In this document: piece by piece, positions 1-9,827 of the stretch
How the letters are laid out: each line of letters starts with the position of its first letter
Position numbering within the stretch: the first letter of the stretch is position 1
Source: Alphaproteobacteria bacterium
GTDB taxonomy: Bacteria; Pseudomonadota; Alphaproteobacteria; SHVP01
Assembly: GCA_029936875.1 (NCBI GenBank)
Contig: JAPYRS010000005.1
Location: 1-45,472, forward strand
Length of the DNA: 45,472 nt
Direction of reading: 5' to 3'
Program-made: the position numbers and the translations under genes
The notes under the pieces: generated by a model
Told to the model about the DNA's origin: nothing
What the model saw: only the letters and a program-made list of their open reading frames with translations
The model's database searches: none

Positions 1-378
1 AGCCAACGCCCCGTCAAAGCAGAAGCCGAACCTAGGCCCGCAACGCCGACTGTTGTCGCCGTGGTCGCCCCGCCGCCTCCCCCCCCGCCGCCACCGCGCT
101 TTGATCCCAAGTCACTGGTCGGGTTGGAACGAAATCAGGTCGCGCTGTTGATGGGGGTGCCGAGCCTGTTGCGGACCGAGCGCAACGTCGAGGTTTGGCT
201 TTATGAGGGCGTCCGCTGTGTCGCCCATTTGTATTTTTATGAAAACACTGAAACCGAGGGCTACCGCGTACGACACTTTGAGACGCGAAGCCGTTCGGGT
301 GAGTTGATTGCGGCGCGTACCTGCCTCGACGGGTTGCAATCGGGGCCGGTCGAACTGATTGGTGGCCGCGCGAATTAA
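1..378 (+). CDS. Hypothetical protein, 5'-truncated by the window edge; Pro-rich linker followed by a small globular domain (possibly an exported or lipoprotein)
   Basis: The frame is open from base 1 (SQRPVKAEAEPRPATPTVVAVVAPPPPPP...). The C-terminal part LVGL..V..LMG.P...R.E...EVWLY....C...LYFY resembles conserved alphaproteobacterial hypothetical proteins. Stop TAA at 376-378. Confidence 0.65.
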   Translation, partial: SQRPVKAEAEPRPATPTVVAVVAPPPPPPPPPRFDPKSLVGLERNQVALLMGVPSLLRTERNVEVWLYEGVRCVAHLYFYENTETEGYRVRHFETRSRSGELIAARTCLDGLQSGPVELIGGRAN

Positions 379-400
379 GTTTCATGCTCCGGCGTTGAAA

Positions 401-1039
401 CTAGGCAGCGCGCGTTTTTTCCTTAAAGGCGCAGAGGTCGGCAACCTCGCATTTCGGACATTCCGGTTTCCGCGCCTTGCACACGTAGCGTCCCTGCAAA
501 ATCAACCAGTGATGCGCGTGTTGCTTCCATTTGTCAGGCACATGTTTTTCGAGTTTCTTCTCAACCGCAAGCGGCGTTTTGCCGGGCGCGAGGCCGGTGC
601 GATTACCAACCCGGAAGATATGCGTATCCACCGCAATGGTCGGCTCGCCAAAGGCCATGTTGAGCACAACGTTGGCGGTCTTGCGGCCGACACCGGGCAG
701 TGCTTCCAGCGCATCGCGGTCGTTCGGAACTTCACCACCGTGTTTTTCCAGCAATAACTTGGAAAGCCCGATGACGTTTTTCGCTTTGGTATTAAACAGG
801 CCAATGGTTTTGACAAAATTCCGTACCCTTTTCTCACCAAGTTTGACCATCGCCGCCGGATTGTTGGCGGCGGCAAACAGTGCGGGCGTGGCCTTGTTCA
901 CGCCAACGTCCGTTGCCTGTGCCGATAGCACGACCGCCACCAAAAGCGTGTAGGGGTTTTCGTATGTCAGTTCCGATTGCGGATTGGGATTGGTCTTGGA
1001 AAGCAGCGAGAAGAATTTTTCAACGTCGGTTTTTTTCAT
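401..1039 (-). CDS. nth: Endonuclease III (HhH-GPD DNA glycosylase/AP lyase, 4Fe-4S)
   Basis: LLVAVVLSAQATD, HhH motif LPGVGRKTANVVL, AVDTH, and C-terminal C-x6-C-x2-C-x5-C cluster (CKARKPECPKCEVADLC). Confidence 0.97.
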   Translation of the reverse strand: MKKTDVEKFFSLLSKTNPNPQSELTYENPYTLLVAVVLSAQATDVGVNKATPALFAAANNPAAMVKLGEKRVRNFVKTIGLFNTKAKNVIGLSKLLLEKHGGEVPNDRDALEALPGVGRKTANVVLNMAFGEPTIAVDTHIFRVGNRTGLAPGKTPLAVEKKLEKHVPDKWKQHAHHWLILQGRYVCKARKPECPKCEVADLCAFKEKTRAA

Positions 1040-1146
1040 GGCAAAAACCTAACGGGACTGAGCGCTGCCGCAAGGGAAATCCGCAACGGTAATTTGATTG
1101 CGACCCCACTCGTCCGGCATCTGTGACTTTCGTATAGTACCGGACC

Positions 1147-1692
1147 ATGTTTGATCGCCCGCGCCTGCCGAAATCGCTCCGTTCCGGTGAAGACAAGTTC
1201 CTGTTCGACGCCGTCCTCTTCCCGCACCGCTCGCTCGGGCCGCGCGGATTCTGGATTGTGATGAGCTTGGTGGCCTTGGTCAGTTTTGTCGCCGGGCTCG
1301 CCTTTTTCCTAATCGGTGCCTGGCCTGTGCTCGGCTTTTTCGGCCTCGATGTCGCGCTTATTTACGGCGCCTTTCGGATGAGCTATCACGCCGCCCGCCT
1401 CACCGAAGTGATCCGCTTGGACGAGACCAATCTTCAGGTCTGGCGAATCAGCCCGCGCGGACGCATTCAGGACTGGTCGTTCCCGGCCTTTTGGGTCCAG
1501 GTCCGCCGCGCCTCAAGTGAAAGCGGCGGGCTGGTCATTTCCAGCCACGGCAATCATGTGCGCATCGGTTCGTACCTGATGGGCGATGAGTCGGAAGCGC
1601 TCGCAACATCCCTGGAGGCCGCGCTGGGCAAGCTGAAAAGCATTTATCCCGGCAATTCGGGCAGTGGCGCGGCGGCCCCACAATCACCGTAA
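1147..1692 (+). CDS. DUF2244 family membrane protein
   Basis: F.AVL.PHRSL...GF, GAWPVLGFFGLDV..IY.AF..SY, and W..V...SHG..V.IG.YL motifs. Divergent from nth, as is usual in alphaproteobacteria. Confidence 0.88.
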   Translation: MFDRPRLPKSLRSGEDKFLFDAVLFPHRSLGPRGFWIVMSLVALVSFVAGLAFFLIGAWPVLGFFGLDVALIYGAFRMSYHAARLTEVIRLDETNLQVWRISPRGRIQDWSFPAFWVQVRRASSESGGLVISSHGNHVRIGSYLMGDESEALATSLEAALGKLKSIYPGNSGSGAAAPQSP

Positions 1693-1767
1693 GACATTGA
1701 CTTAACCCATTAATTCCCGCCGCAAGAACCGGGTGGCCGGGGCTGAGTAACCGCTTAAAGTTCGGCC

Positions 1768-1983
1768 ATGATTACCTTTCCAATTTGGTTGATGGTGACG
1801 CCCAGCGGCTTCAAGCGGGCGGTCGCCGTAAATTTCCACCGCAAATTACCGGGGCGTAACCCGCCGCTCCATGCCTTGAGCGACCGCCTGTTGCGGGATA
1901 TGGGCGTGAGCCGGGGCGATGTGCGGCGCCTCACGGCGGCCCGTCACCGAACAGCGGTACGTCGAAGAGTGAGACGGTTATGA
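1768..1983 (+). CDS. Small Arg-rich DUF1127 (YjiS-like) protein
   Basis: Motif LHALSDRLLRDMGVSRGDV. The stop overlaps the next start (ATGA, 1980-1983). Start codon uncertain. Confidence 0.6.
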   Translation: MITFPIWLMVTPSGFKRAVAVNFHRKLPGRNPPLHALSDRLLRDMGVSRGDVRRLTAARHRTAVRRRVRRL

Positions 1984-2876
1984 TTGTCGACATGCCGTCT
2001 GCCAAACCTGCCAACCTCAAAGATTATGACCGGATGAGGGAAGCGCTCGCCCTGATCGAGGCGCGTTTTCCGGAGCCGATCGGCCTTGAGGAACTGGCCG
2101 GTGCCATCGGCGTCAGCCCGTTTCATTTCCAGCGCACGTTTCGGCGCTGGGCCGGGATTTCGCCAAAGCGCTTTCAACAGTATCTCGCCATTGACCGCGC
2201 GAAATCGGCGCTCGAAAAATCGGAAAGCGTGCTGGATGCCGCGTTCGAGGCCGGGCTTTCGGGCCCGGGGCGGCTCCACGATTTATTTGTCTCGGTCGAA
2301 TCAATGACGCCAGGCGAATACAAATTGCAGGCCCGCGATTTGGAAATTCGATACGGATACGGCGCAAGCCCATTCGGCGAATGCCTAGTGATGGCGACGG
2401 AGCGCGGCATCTGCGGCCTTGGGTTTGTCGACGGTACGAACAACGAGGAGGCGCGCGCCGCCTCATTCAAAGAACTGTCGGCGGACTGGCCGGAAGCGCA
2501 TTTTGTTGAGGATAGTCGTGCGGCGGGAAAACTTCTCAAAGAAATATTTGCGGAACCGGGCCGCCGCGATCAGTCGCTCACGCTCTTTCTCAAAGGCACC
2601 AACTTTCAGATCAAAGTGTGGGAGGCATTATTGCGCGTTCCCGCAGGCCACGTGCTTAGCTATCAGGATCTCGCGGTTCGCATCGGCCACCCGACCAGTG
2701 CACGCGCGGTCGGCGGTGCGGTCGCGCGTAATTCAATCCCGTGGATCATTCCGTGCCACCGCGTCATTCGGAAATCGGGCGCGTTCTATCGGTACCGCTG
2801 GGGCCGGGTTCGGAAAATGGCGATGCTCGGGTTGGAAGCGGCAGAGCTCGAGGCGGCTTCCCAAAATGCTGCCTAA
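1980..2876 (+). CDS. ada: Ada-like bifunctional AraC-HTH / methylated-DNA-[protein]-cysteine S-methyltransferase, lacking the N-terminal Ada Zn domain
   Basis: AraC HTH (LEELAGAIGVSPFHFQRTFRRWAGISPKRF), GTNFQIKVWEALL, ARAVGGAV, active site IPCHRV. Confidence 0.9.
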   Translation: MIVDMPSAKPANLKDYDRMREALALIEARFPEPIGLEELAGAIGVSPFHFQRTFRRWAGISPKRFQQYLAIDRAKSALEKSESVLDAAFEAGLSGPGRLHDLFVSVESMTPGEYKLQARDLEIRYGYGASPFGECLVMATERGICGLGFVDGTNNEEARAASFKELSADWPEAHFVEDSRAAGKLLKEIFAEPGRRDQSLTLFLKGTNFQIKVWEALLRVPAGHVLSYQDLAVRIGHPTSARAVGGAVARNSIPWIIPCHRVIRKSGAFYRYRWGRVRKMAMLGLEAAELEAASQNAA

Positions 2877-2971
2877 GGGGTTGCGGCGTGACAAAAACTA
2901 TCATCGACCGGCGCTGCATGGACTAAACCCGGCGCTTACCGCATAACGGGGCGTCCTCATTTGGTGGTTCC

Positions 2972-3794
2972 GTGCCTGTTTCTTCCCGCTCATATTTTTA
3001 TTTGTTGCTGCTCGCGTTGATGTGGGGCTCGTCGTTCGCCCTGATCAAAGTGATGGTGGAAACCATTCCGCCGGTCGCTGGCACCAGCATCCGGCTCGTA
3101 CTCGCGGCGATGTTTCTTTACTCGCTGCTACGGATCACCGGCGGTCGCCTGCCGCGATCAAGCCGGGTCTGGTTGATCCTTTTCATCATTGGGCTTACCG
3201 GCTCAGGCGTCCCTTTCACCCTGCTTGCCTTTGGCGGTGAACGGATTCCGTCCGGCTCGTCGGCGATCCTGATGGCAACGGTGCCGCTGTTCACGGTGCT
3301 GCTCGCGCGCGACATTTGGTGACGAGCAGTTATCAATGGCCAAAGTTGCTGGCGTGTTGATGGGGCTGATCGGCGTTGGTTTCCTGTTTGGGCCAGACGC
3401 GGTGCGTGGGCTCGCGTCGAGCATTTGGGGTTTCGCCGCGGTTCTGGTCGCGGCATTTCTCTACGGCGTCACCAATATTCTCGCCAAAACATTGAAACCG
3501 ATTTTACCGCTTTCGAGCGGCACGGCGGCCTTCATTTGCTCGGGTGTGGTTTCGGTGTCGTTTGCGTTTTGGATGGACCGGCCGTTTGAGGTTTTGGCGA
3601 ACGACGTCTCAATGGAATCGTTTGTCTCGCTCAACAATTATCTGGTGCCGCTGGTTGGTATTGGCTGGGGCGTCGGTTTGCTCGGCGAGGCGGCAACCTG
3701 GAACAGCATTGCCGCACTCGGGCTGATTTTTGCAGGCATCGCCGTTACCAACATGGGCGCCAACCGGCGCGTAGTGGTCGAAGCTGCCGACTGA
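2972..3794 (+). pseudogene. EamA/DMT transporter pseudogene (frameshift plus probable in-frame deletion)
   Basis: ORF 2972-3322 (MWGSSF...PFTLL...ATVPLFT) shifts frame at the gcgcgcg run near 3303-3312. The other frame continues FGDEQLSMAKVAG. The second EamA repeat runs SMES directly into FVSLNNYLVP and appears to lack a TM segment. Confidence 0.8.
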
Positions 3795-3823
3795 AATCGA
3801 GCCTTCTTAAAGCTCTAGCCCAC

Positions 3824-3850
3824 TTAGAGTCCGGGCCCGCCTAGAGTCCG
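3824..3850. repeat. Short direct duplication of the dapB stop region (tagagtccg twice, 17-bp period)
   Basis: ttagagtccg at 3824-3833 and ctagagtccg at 3841-3850. On the minus strand both read GGA CTC TAR (G-L-stop). Confidence 0.5.
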
Positions 3851-4647
3851 AGAACGTCCTTCATGCCGTAAAGCCCGGGCGGTTTATTGGCGACCCACAT
3901 CGCGGCCCGCACCGCGCCCGATGCAAAAAGACTGCGGTCATCGGCCTTGTGGGAAATCGTCACCCGTTCCTGGTCGGACGCGAAAAGCACCGAATGCTCC
4001 CCGACGACGCTGCCGCCGCGCTGCACGGCAAACCCAATGTCGCCGGAGTTGCGGGCGCCGGTTACGCCGTCCCGGCCTCGGGCCGACACCTGATCGAGAT
4101 CGACCCCGCGCCCTTTTGCGGCAGCCTTACCAAAGGCAAGGGCGGTGCCGGACGGGGCATCGACTTTGTGGCGGTGGTGCATTTCAAATATTTCGATGTC
4201 GAAATCGTCGCCGAGGATGCCCGCAACCTGTTCGGTTACGGCGAGCAGAACGTTGACGCCGACGCTCATGTTTGCGGCGTAGACAATCGCGGTTTTGCTG
4301 GATGCCTCGCTCAAAACCGCTTCCTGTTCGGGCGTGAGCCCAGTTGTCCCGATGACCAAAGCCGTGCCGGATTCTGCGGCGAGGCCCGCGTGAAGCACAC
4401 TGGTTTCGGGTGAGGTGAAGTCGATCACCACTGTGGACGCGGTCACCAGCGCCTTTGGATCATCACCGATTTTCACGTTGATCCTAGAAATGCCCGCCAA
4501 AACAGCAGGGTCCGCGCCGTATGCGGCGCTGCCCGGTGATTCCGACGCGGCGACAAGGTCGCATCCGCTGGCGGCGACCACTTGGCGCACCAAAGTCTGT
4601 CCCATTCGTCCGGCGGCGCCGGCGATGCCAATTTGTAGGTTGTCCAT
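3841..4647 (-). CDS. dapB: 4-hydroxy-tetrahydrodipicolinate reductase
   Basis: GAAGRMG, VIDFT, VIGTTG, YAANMSVGVN, EMHHRHKVDAPSGTA, FASGAVRAA. Start set at the ATG 4647 (MDNLQIG); the longer ORF-track start overlaps the SDR gene. Confidence 0.96.
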   Translation of the reverse strand: MDNLQIGIAGAAGRMGQTLVRQVVAASGCDLVAASESPGSAAYGADPAVLAGISRINVKIGDDPKALVTASTVVIDFTSPETSVLHAGLAAESGTALVIGTTGLTPEQEAVLSEASSKTAIVYAANMSVGVNVLLAVTEQVAGILGDDFDIEIFEMHHRHKVDAPSGTALAFGKAAAKGRGVDLDQVSARGRDGVTGARNSGDIGFAVQRGGSVVGEHSVLFASDQERVTISHKADDRSLFASGAVRAAMWVANKPPGLYGMKDVLGL

Positions 4648-4772
4648 CGACCAAAAATCCCGCTCAATTGCGGCGGGATTTAACCACATGTGGTCGCGCT
4701 TTGCGAAGGGGCCAAGCGCACACCAGCGGCAGTTCCAGGGGATGCTCACGGAGTCTATAGGGAGAAAAGAAA

Positions 4773-5474
4773 ATGGCGCGGCAGAAAATAGCCGTGGTGA
4801 TCGGGGCGAACCGGGGCAATGGCCTCGAGGTGGCGCGGCAATTGGGCGCGCTTGGCTACCGGGTAATCTTGACGGCGCGGAAAAAAGCGGCCGGACGGGA
4901 GGCTGCAAAAAAGCTCGTCCGTGTGGGTTTGAATGTCGAATTTGCGCACCTTGATGTCACCGATGCGAACAGCGCGAAGGACCTCGCCCGCCATCTCAAG
5001 AAGACCGAGGGCCGCCTTGATGTGCTGGTCAACAACGCCGCGATCTAGGTTGATCCGACAGGGTTGATTGGCAGCATCAAGCCGCGCGACATGGTGAAGA
5101 CGTTCGAGACCAATACCTTGGGGCCCTTGATGGTGTCACAGGCGCTCGCAAATCTAATACCGCGCGGCGGCAGAATCGTGAACGTCGCATCGGGCGCGGG
5201 TGAGTTTCGCCACCTCACGCGGGATCAACCGGCCTACCGGCTTTCCAAAATAGCTCTCAATGCGGTCACCGTGATGCTGGCCGATGAATTCGGCGACCAC
5301 GGCATCCGGGTTAATTCGGTTTGTCCCGGCTGGGTGCGGACTGACATGGGTGGCCGCAATGCTGATTTATCGGTGAAGGAAGGCGCCGATACGATTGTGT
5401 GGCTCGCGTCCGCGGCACCGTCGCGCATCACCGGGAAATTCTTCCGGGCGCGAAAAGAAATAAAGAAGTGGTAG
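4773..5474 (+). pseudogene. Short-chain dehydrogenase/reductase (carbonyl-reductase-like) interrupted by one in-frame TAG
   Basis: GANRGNG, LDVT, LVNNAAI*VD (TAG at 5046-5048), then the same frame continues with RIVNVAS, YRLSK and VNSVCPGWVRTDMGG to the stop at 5474. Confidence 0.85.
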
Positions 5475-5542
5475 CGGTGGGATTGATGCGGCGCTGATTG
5501 TTGTCGCCGTCGGGGGGCGGGAAGCGTTTAGTCGCGAAAGGC

Positions 5543-6664
5543 TTAGTCCCGCAAATCTTCCCAAAGCTCTTTCACTTTTGAGAAAAAGCCTTCCGATTCC
5601 GGGCTGGTGCCTTCGCCGCCCTCATTCTCAAATTCCTTCAGCAGTTCTTTTTGGCGTTTGCTGAGGTTGACCGGCGTTTCGGTGATCGCCTGAATGTAAA
5701 GGTCACCCTTCTGGCTGCTTTGCACGTTCGGCATGCCCTTGCCGCGGAGGCGGAACTGTTTGCCGGACTGGGTGCCGGACGGGATGCTGACTTTGGCCCG
5801 GCCGCCGTCGAGGGTTGGCACTTCGATTGAGCCGCCCAAGGTTGCGGTCGTCATCGGAATCGGCACGCGGCAGTAAATGTTCTGGCCGTCCCGCTCAAAG
5901 ATTCGGTGCGGGCTGACCGACAAAAAGAGATACAGATCGCCCGCTGGCCCACCGCGCAATCCTGCCGCGCCTTCACCGCTTACGCGAATGCGGGTGCCGT
6001 CCTCGACACCGGCCGGAACCGAAACCGACAGGGTTTTTTCTTTCTGAACGCGGCCCGAACCAGCGCAGGGCCGGCAAGGATTTTCGATAACGCGGCCGGC
6101 GCCCTGACAGGTCGGGCAGGTGCGCTCAATCGTAAAGAAGCCCTGTTGCGCCCGGACCTTGCCGTGACCGTCGCAAGACGGGCAGGTGACGGGCGATGAA
6201 TTTTTCTCGGCGCCGGTGCCGTTGCAGGGCTCGCAGGCGACTGATGTCGGCACCCGCACGGTTGCCTTCTTCCCGTAGAAGGCTTCTTCCAGCGTGATCT
6301 CGAGATTGTAACGAAGGTCGGCGCCGCGATTGCGTGAGCCCCGCATCCGGCCACCGCCGCCAAATTCGCCAAACAGATCTTCAAAGATGTCAGAAAATGA
6401 AGAGGCGAAATCAAATCCGCCGGGCCGCTGGTTGCCACCCTCAAACGCCTCGTGGCCAAACTGATCATAAGCGGCGCGCTTCTGGTCGTCCGAGAGAATG
6501 TCGTAGGCCTCGGAAAGGTCTTTGAATTTGGCTTCGGCGCTATCGTCACCGGGATTACGGTCGGGATGATATTTCATCGCGAGCTTGCGATATGACTTTT
6601 TGAGCTCGGCTTTGTCCGCCGTCCGGGCCACGCCCAAAAGTTCGTAGAAATCCTGTTTCGCCAT
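5543..6664 (-). CDS. dnaJ: Molecular chaperone DnaJ
   Basis: J-domain HPD motif, G/F-rich region, four CxxCxGxG zinc-finger repeats. Confidence 0.98.
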   Translation of the reverse strand: MAKQDFYELLGVARTADKAELKKSYRKLAMKYHPDRNPGDDSAEAKFKDLSEAYDILSDDQKRAAYDQFGHEAFEGGNQRPGGFDFASSFSDIFEDLFGEFGGGGRMRGSRNRGADLRYNLEITLEEAFYGKKATVRVPTSVACEPCNGTGAEKNSSPVTCPSCDGHGKVRAQQGFFTIERTCPTCQGAGRVIENPCRPCAGSGRVQKEKTLSVSVPAGVEDGTRIRVSGEGAAGLRGGPAGDLYLFLSVSPHRIFERDGQNIYCRVPIPMTTATLGGSIEVPTLDGGRAKVSIPSGTQSGKQFRLRGKGMPNVQSSQKGDLYIQAITETPVNLSKRQKELLKEFENEGGEGTSPESEGFFSKVKELWEDLRD

Positions 6665-6703
6665 TACTTGCTTGCCTTACCCCAACATCGCCCGACAAAG
6701 CAC

Positions 6704-6737
6704 CGCCCTGACCGCGGACGGCGCCGGGATCAGGGCG
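6704..6737. other. Stem-loop in the dnaK-dnaJ intergenic region (possible mRNA stability or attenuation hairpin)
   Basis: 8-bp arms cgccctga (6704-6711) and tcagggcg (6730-6737). On the minus strand the T-run lies 5' of the stem, so it is not a canonical terminator. Confidence 0.4.
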
Positions 6738-6767
6738 AAAAAATAATGCTCTTCGAATTGCCGCTGC

Positions 6768-8735
6768 TTACGCCGTGTCTTCTTTCGGTTCGTCTTCGAC
6801 GTCTTCGACTTCTTCGAAGTCGGCGTCGACAACTGCGTCATCACCGCCCGCATCGCCGCCTGCATCCGATGACGGGCCGTCCTCATCTTCATCGTCGCCC
6901 GCGGCGCTCGCTTCGGCTTTTTCCTGGGCAGCCTTGTAAACGGCTTCGCCCAATTTCATTGCCGACGTGGTCAAGGCGTCGGTCAGAGACTTGAGGGTCT
7001 CGAGATCAGCTTCGCCGTCTTTGGCGGTACGCAGCGCCTCAAGGTCCTTGTCGATCGTTTCCCGGTCTTCTTCAGAAAGAGCGTCGCCGTGTTCCTCAAG
7101 CGTCTTATAGGTCGAATGGACCAGGGCATCGGCGTGGTTCTTGGCGTCGACCAATTCACGCCGCGCTTTATCTTCTTCGGCGTTGGCTTCGGCTTCCTTG
7201 ACCATGCGTTTGATCTCGGCGTCGTCGAGGCCGCCAGACGCTTCGATGCGGATCTGCTGTTCCTTGCCGGTACCTTTGTCTTTTGCGGAGACCTGAACGA
7301 TGCCGTTTGCATCAATATCAAACGCCACTTCGATTTGCGGAATACCGCGGGCCGACGGCGGCAGACCGATCAGGTCAAATTGCCCGAGCAATTTATTGTC
7401 GGCCGACATTTCACGCTCGCCCTGGCTGACGCGAATCGTCACCGCCGACTGATTGTCTTCGGCGGTCGAGAAGACCTGCGACTTTTTCGTCGGGATCGTG
7501 GTGTTGCGATCGATCAGGCGGGTGAAAACGCCGCCCAATGTTTCGATACCGAGCGAAAGCGGTGTGACATCAAGAAGAAGCACGTCTTTCACGTCGCCCT
7601 GCAGCACGCCGGCCTGGATGGCGGCGCCCATGGCGACAACTTCATCTGGGTTCACGCCCTGATGCGGTTCGCGGCCAAAGAAATTCTTCACCGTCTCGAC
7701 GATCTTCGGCATCCGCGTCATGCCACCAACGAGAATGACTTCGTCGATTTCGCCGGCGCTTAGGCCTGCGTCTTTCAGCGCCTTCTTGCACGGATCAATT
7801 GTCCGATCGACCAGCTCTTCGACCAACGCTTCCAGTTTGGCACGCGTCAGTTTCATCGTCAGATGCTTGGGACCGGCGGCGTCGGCGGTAATGAACGGCA
7901 AATTGATTTCGGTCTGGGTCGCGGTCGACAGCTCCATCTTGGCTTTTTCAGCGGCTTCTTTCAGGCGCTGCAAAGCCAGCTTGTCTGCGCGCAGATCAAT
8001 CGCCTGCTCTTTTTTGAATTCGTCGGCGAGGTAGTCAACCAGGCGGAGATCAAAATCTTCACCGCCGAGGAAGGTGTCGCCGATGGTCGATTTGACCTCA
8101 AACACACCGTCGCCAATTTCGAGCACCGATACATCAAAGGTGCCGCCGCCGAGATCATAGACGGCAATGGTTTTGCTGCCGGCCTGCTTGTCGAGCCCAT
8201 AGGCGAGCGCGGCCGCAGTCGGCTCATTGATGATGCGGAGAACTTCAAGCCCGGCGATCTTGCCGGCATCCTTGGTGGCTTGGCGCTGGGCATCATTGAA
8301 ATAGGCCGGGACCGTGATCACAGCCTGGGTCACGGATTCGCCGAGATAGGTCTCGGCGGTCTCTTTCATCTTTTGCAGGATGAAGGCGGAAATCTGGCTC
8401 GGCGAGTATTTTTCACCATGCGCCTCGACCCAGGCATCGCCGTTGTCGGCGGCGACGATGGTGTACGGCACCATACCAATGTCTTTTTTTGTTAGCGGAT
8501 CATCGAACGGGCGGCCGATCAGGCGCTTGATGGCAAACAGCGTATCAGTCGGGTTGGTCACGGCCTGACGTTTGGCGGACTGGCCGACGAGGCGCTCTCC
8601 ATCACCGGAAAAAGCCACAATTGATGGCGTTGTGCGGGCACCTTCGGCATTTTCGATCACCTTCGGTTCGCGGCCATCCATAATGGCAATACATGAATTT
8701 GTGGTACCGAGATCGATACCAATAACTTTTCCCAT
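6768..8735 (-). CDS. dnaK: Molecular chaperone DnaK (Hsp70)
   Basis: [32 protein letters not shown], acidic C-terminus with VVDADFEEV. Confidence 0.99.
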   Translation of the reverse strand: MGKVIGIDLGTTNSCIAIMDGREPKVIENAEGARTTPSIVAFSGDGERLVGQSAKRQAVTNPTDTLFAIKRLIGRPFDDPLTKKDIGMVPYTIVAADNGDAWVEAHGEKYSPSQISAFILQKMKETAETYLGESVTQAVITVPAYFNDAQRQATKDAGKIAGLEVLRIINEPTAAALAYGLDKQAGSKTIAVYDLGGGTFDVSVLEIGDGVFEVKSTIGDTFLGGEDFDLRLVDYLADEFKKEQAIDLRADKLALQRLKEAAEKAKMELSTATQTEINLPFITADAAGPKHLTMKLTRAKLEALVEELVDRTIDPCKKALKDAGLSAGEIDEVILVGGMTRMPKIVETVKNFFGREPHQGVNPDEVVAMGAAIQAGVLQGDVKDVLLLDVTPLSLGIETLGGVFTRLIDRNTTIPTKKSQVFSTAEDNQSAVTIRVSQGEREMSADNKLLGQFDLIGLPPSARGIPQIEVAFDIDANGIVQVSAKDKGTGKEQQIRIEASGGLDDAEIKRMVKEAEANAEEDKARRELVDAKNHADALVHSTYKTLEEHGDALSEEDRETIDKDLEALRTAKDGEADLETLKSLTDALTTSAMKLGEAVYKAAQEKAEASAAGDDEDEDGPSSDAGGDAGGDDAVVDADFEEVEDVEDEPKEDTA

Positions 8736-8827
8736 AACATCCTCTTATCTAGCGGCAGATACCGTGCGACCCGCGCTGGCGCCGCGCGTATCCCCTGAGT
8801 GGGACATGTTCTTGATTGATGCCGGTT

Positions 8828-8856
8828 ATATAGGGGGGTGATTTCACCCCTGCAAG
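8828..8856 (-). promoter_or_regulatory. Putative RpoH (sigma32) promoter of dnaK
   Basis: Minus strand reads CTTGca-ggggtgaaatcacccc-CCTATAT, matching the alphaproteobacterial RpoH pattern CTTG-N~18-CCTATAT. Confidence 0.75.
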
Positions 8857-9046
8857 CGCCTTCCGGCCTGTTTTTGTCCGACTGAGGCCCTGAAAACGCG
8901 GATTCGGAGATTAATCGATCACCAAAGGCGGTTCCATCGCATCCGCGGCATGAGAACTGGCCGCTGGTCGATGCGGCTTGTTATCAAGCGCCCGCTCCGA
9001 TTCTGGCCCCTCTCTGGCCCCGATCGCTCGCCTCAGCGTCGGCTAC

Positions 9047-9775
9047 TTAGACCTTGGTATCGATATGTGGTGGGGGATCGTCTGATTCGCCAGTTTCGCC
9101 CGATTCATTCGGGGCCGCATTGCTCACTCGCTTTGAGACGCCGACCATGGCCGCCCTAAGCAGGCGATCTGAAATCACATAACCGGGCTGCACGACCTGA
9201 ATGATGGTTCCGGGTTCCTGGCTCGGATCTTCGACCTCAAACATCGCCTGATGAAAATTGTGATCGAACTTTTCGCCGATCGGCTCGATCCGCTTGATGC
9301 CGTGTCGCTCGATCATGGCGAGGAACTCGCGCTGCGTAAGTTCAACGCCTTCAATCAGGGTTTTGAGGGTCTCATTTTCTTCAAGCGCTTGGGGCGGCAC
9401 ACTTTCAAGGGCGCGGGCAAGATTGTCGCCGATCGAAAGGGTGTCGCGGGCAAAGTTTGTGACGCCGTATTTTGCCGCGTCAGTGACATCGCGGCGCGCC
9501 CGTTTGCGGACATTCTCGGATTCGGCCATGACGCGAAGCAAATTGTCCTTGAGGTCGGAAATCTGCTCCTCCGGCGTCAGTTCGACTTCTTGTTCTGGCT
9601 CAGGATCAGCGGCGGTCGTTTCATCCTCACCAGCGTCCGCCCCATTGTCATCGTTTGGGTCGGCGGTCTTTTCTGCGGAATTGTCGGAATCGCCCGGCGC
9701 ACCTGTTTCGCTCAGGTCGCTCGCGGTCGCTTCCTCTTCCGGTTGCTCGGCCTCAGGGTTCTTGCCTGACGTCAT
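9047..9775 (-). CDS. grpE: Nucleotide exchange factor GrpE
   Basis: LRVMAESENVRKR, DNLARAL, FDHNFHQAM, GYVISDRLLRAAMVGV, acidic disordered N-terminus. Confidence 0.97.
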   Translation of the reverse strand: MTSGKNPEAEQPEEEATASDLSETGAPGDSDNSAEKTADPNDDNGADAGEDETTAADPEPEQEVELTPEEQISDLKDNLLRVMAESENVRKRARRDVTDAAKYGVTNFARDTLSIGDNLARALESVPPQALEENETLKTLIEGVELTQREFLAMIERHGIKRIEPIGEKFDHNFHQAMFEVEDPSQEPGTIIQVVQPGYVISDRLLRAAMVGVSKRVSNAAPNESGETGESDDPPPHIDTKV

Positions 9776-9827
9776 TTTTTATCCTTGTCGTGAACGCGTA
9801 TCGGTACGCTTGAAATTGGTGGAGCGG

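Noticed and set aside
4648-4908. Extended N-termini given by the ORF track (dapB; likewise rph 10861, lpoA 15479, yejA 24008, olsB 27117)
   Set aside because: These are longest-ORF artefacts that overlap neighbouring genes or promoters. Homology and RBS positions favour downstream starts.
5046-5048. Pyrrolysine or genome-wide TAG reassignment
   Set aside because: There are no pyl genes in the window, and TAG ends many conserved genes at their expected positions.
7089-8495. Long plus-strand ORFs antisense to dnaK (224 and 210 aa)
   Set aside because: Typical antisense shadow frames of a GC-rich, codon-biased gene, with no recognisable motifs.
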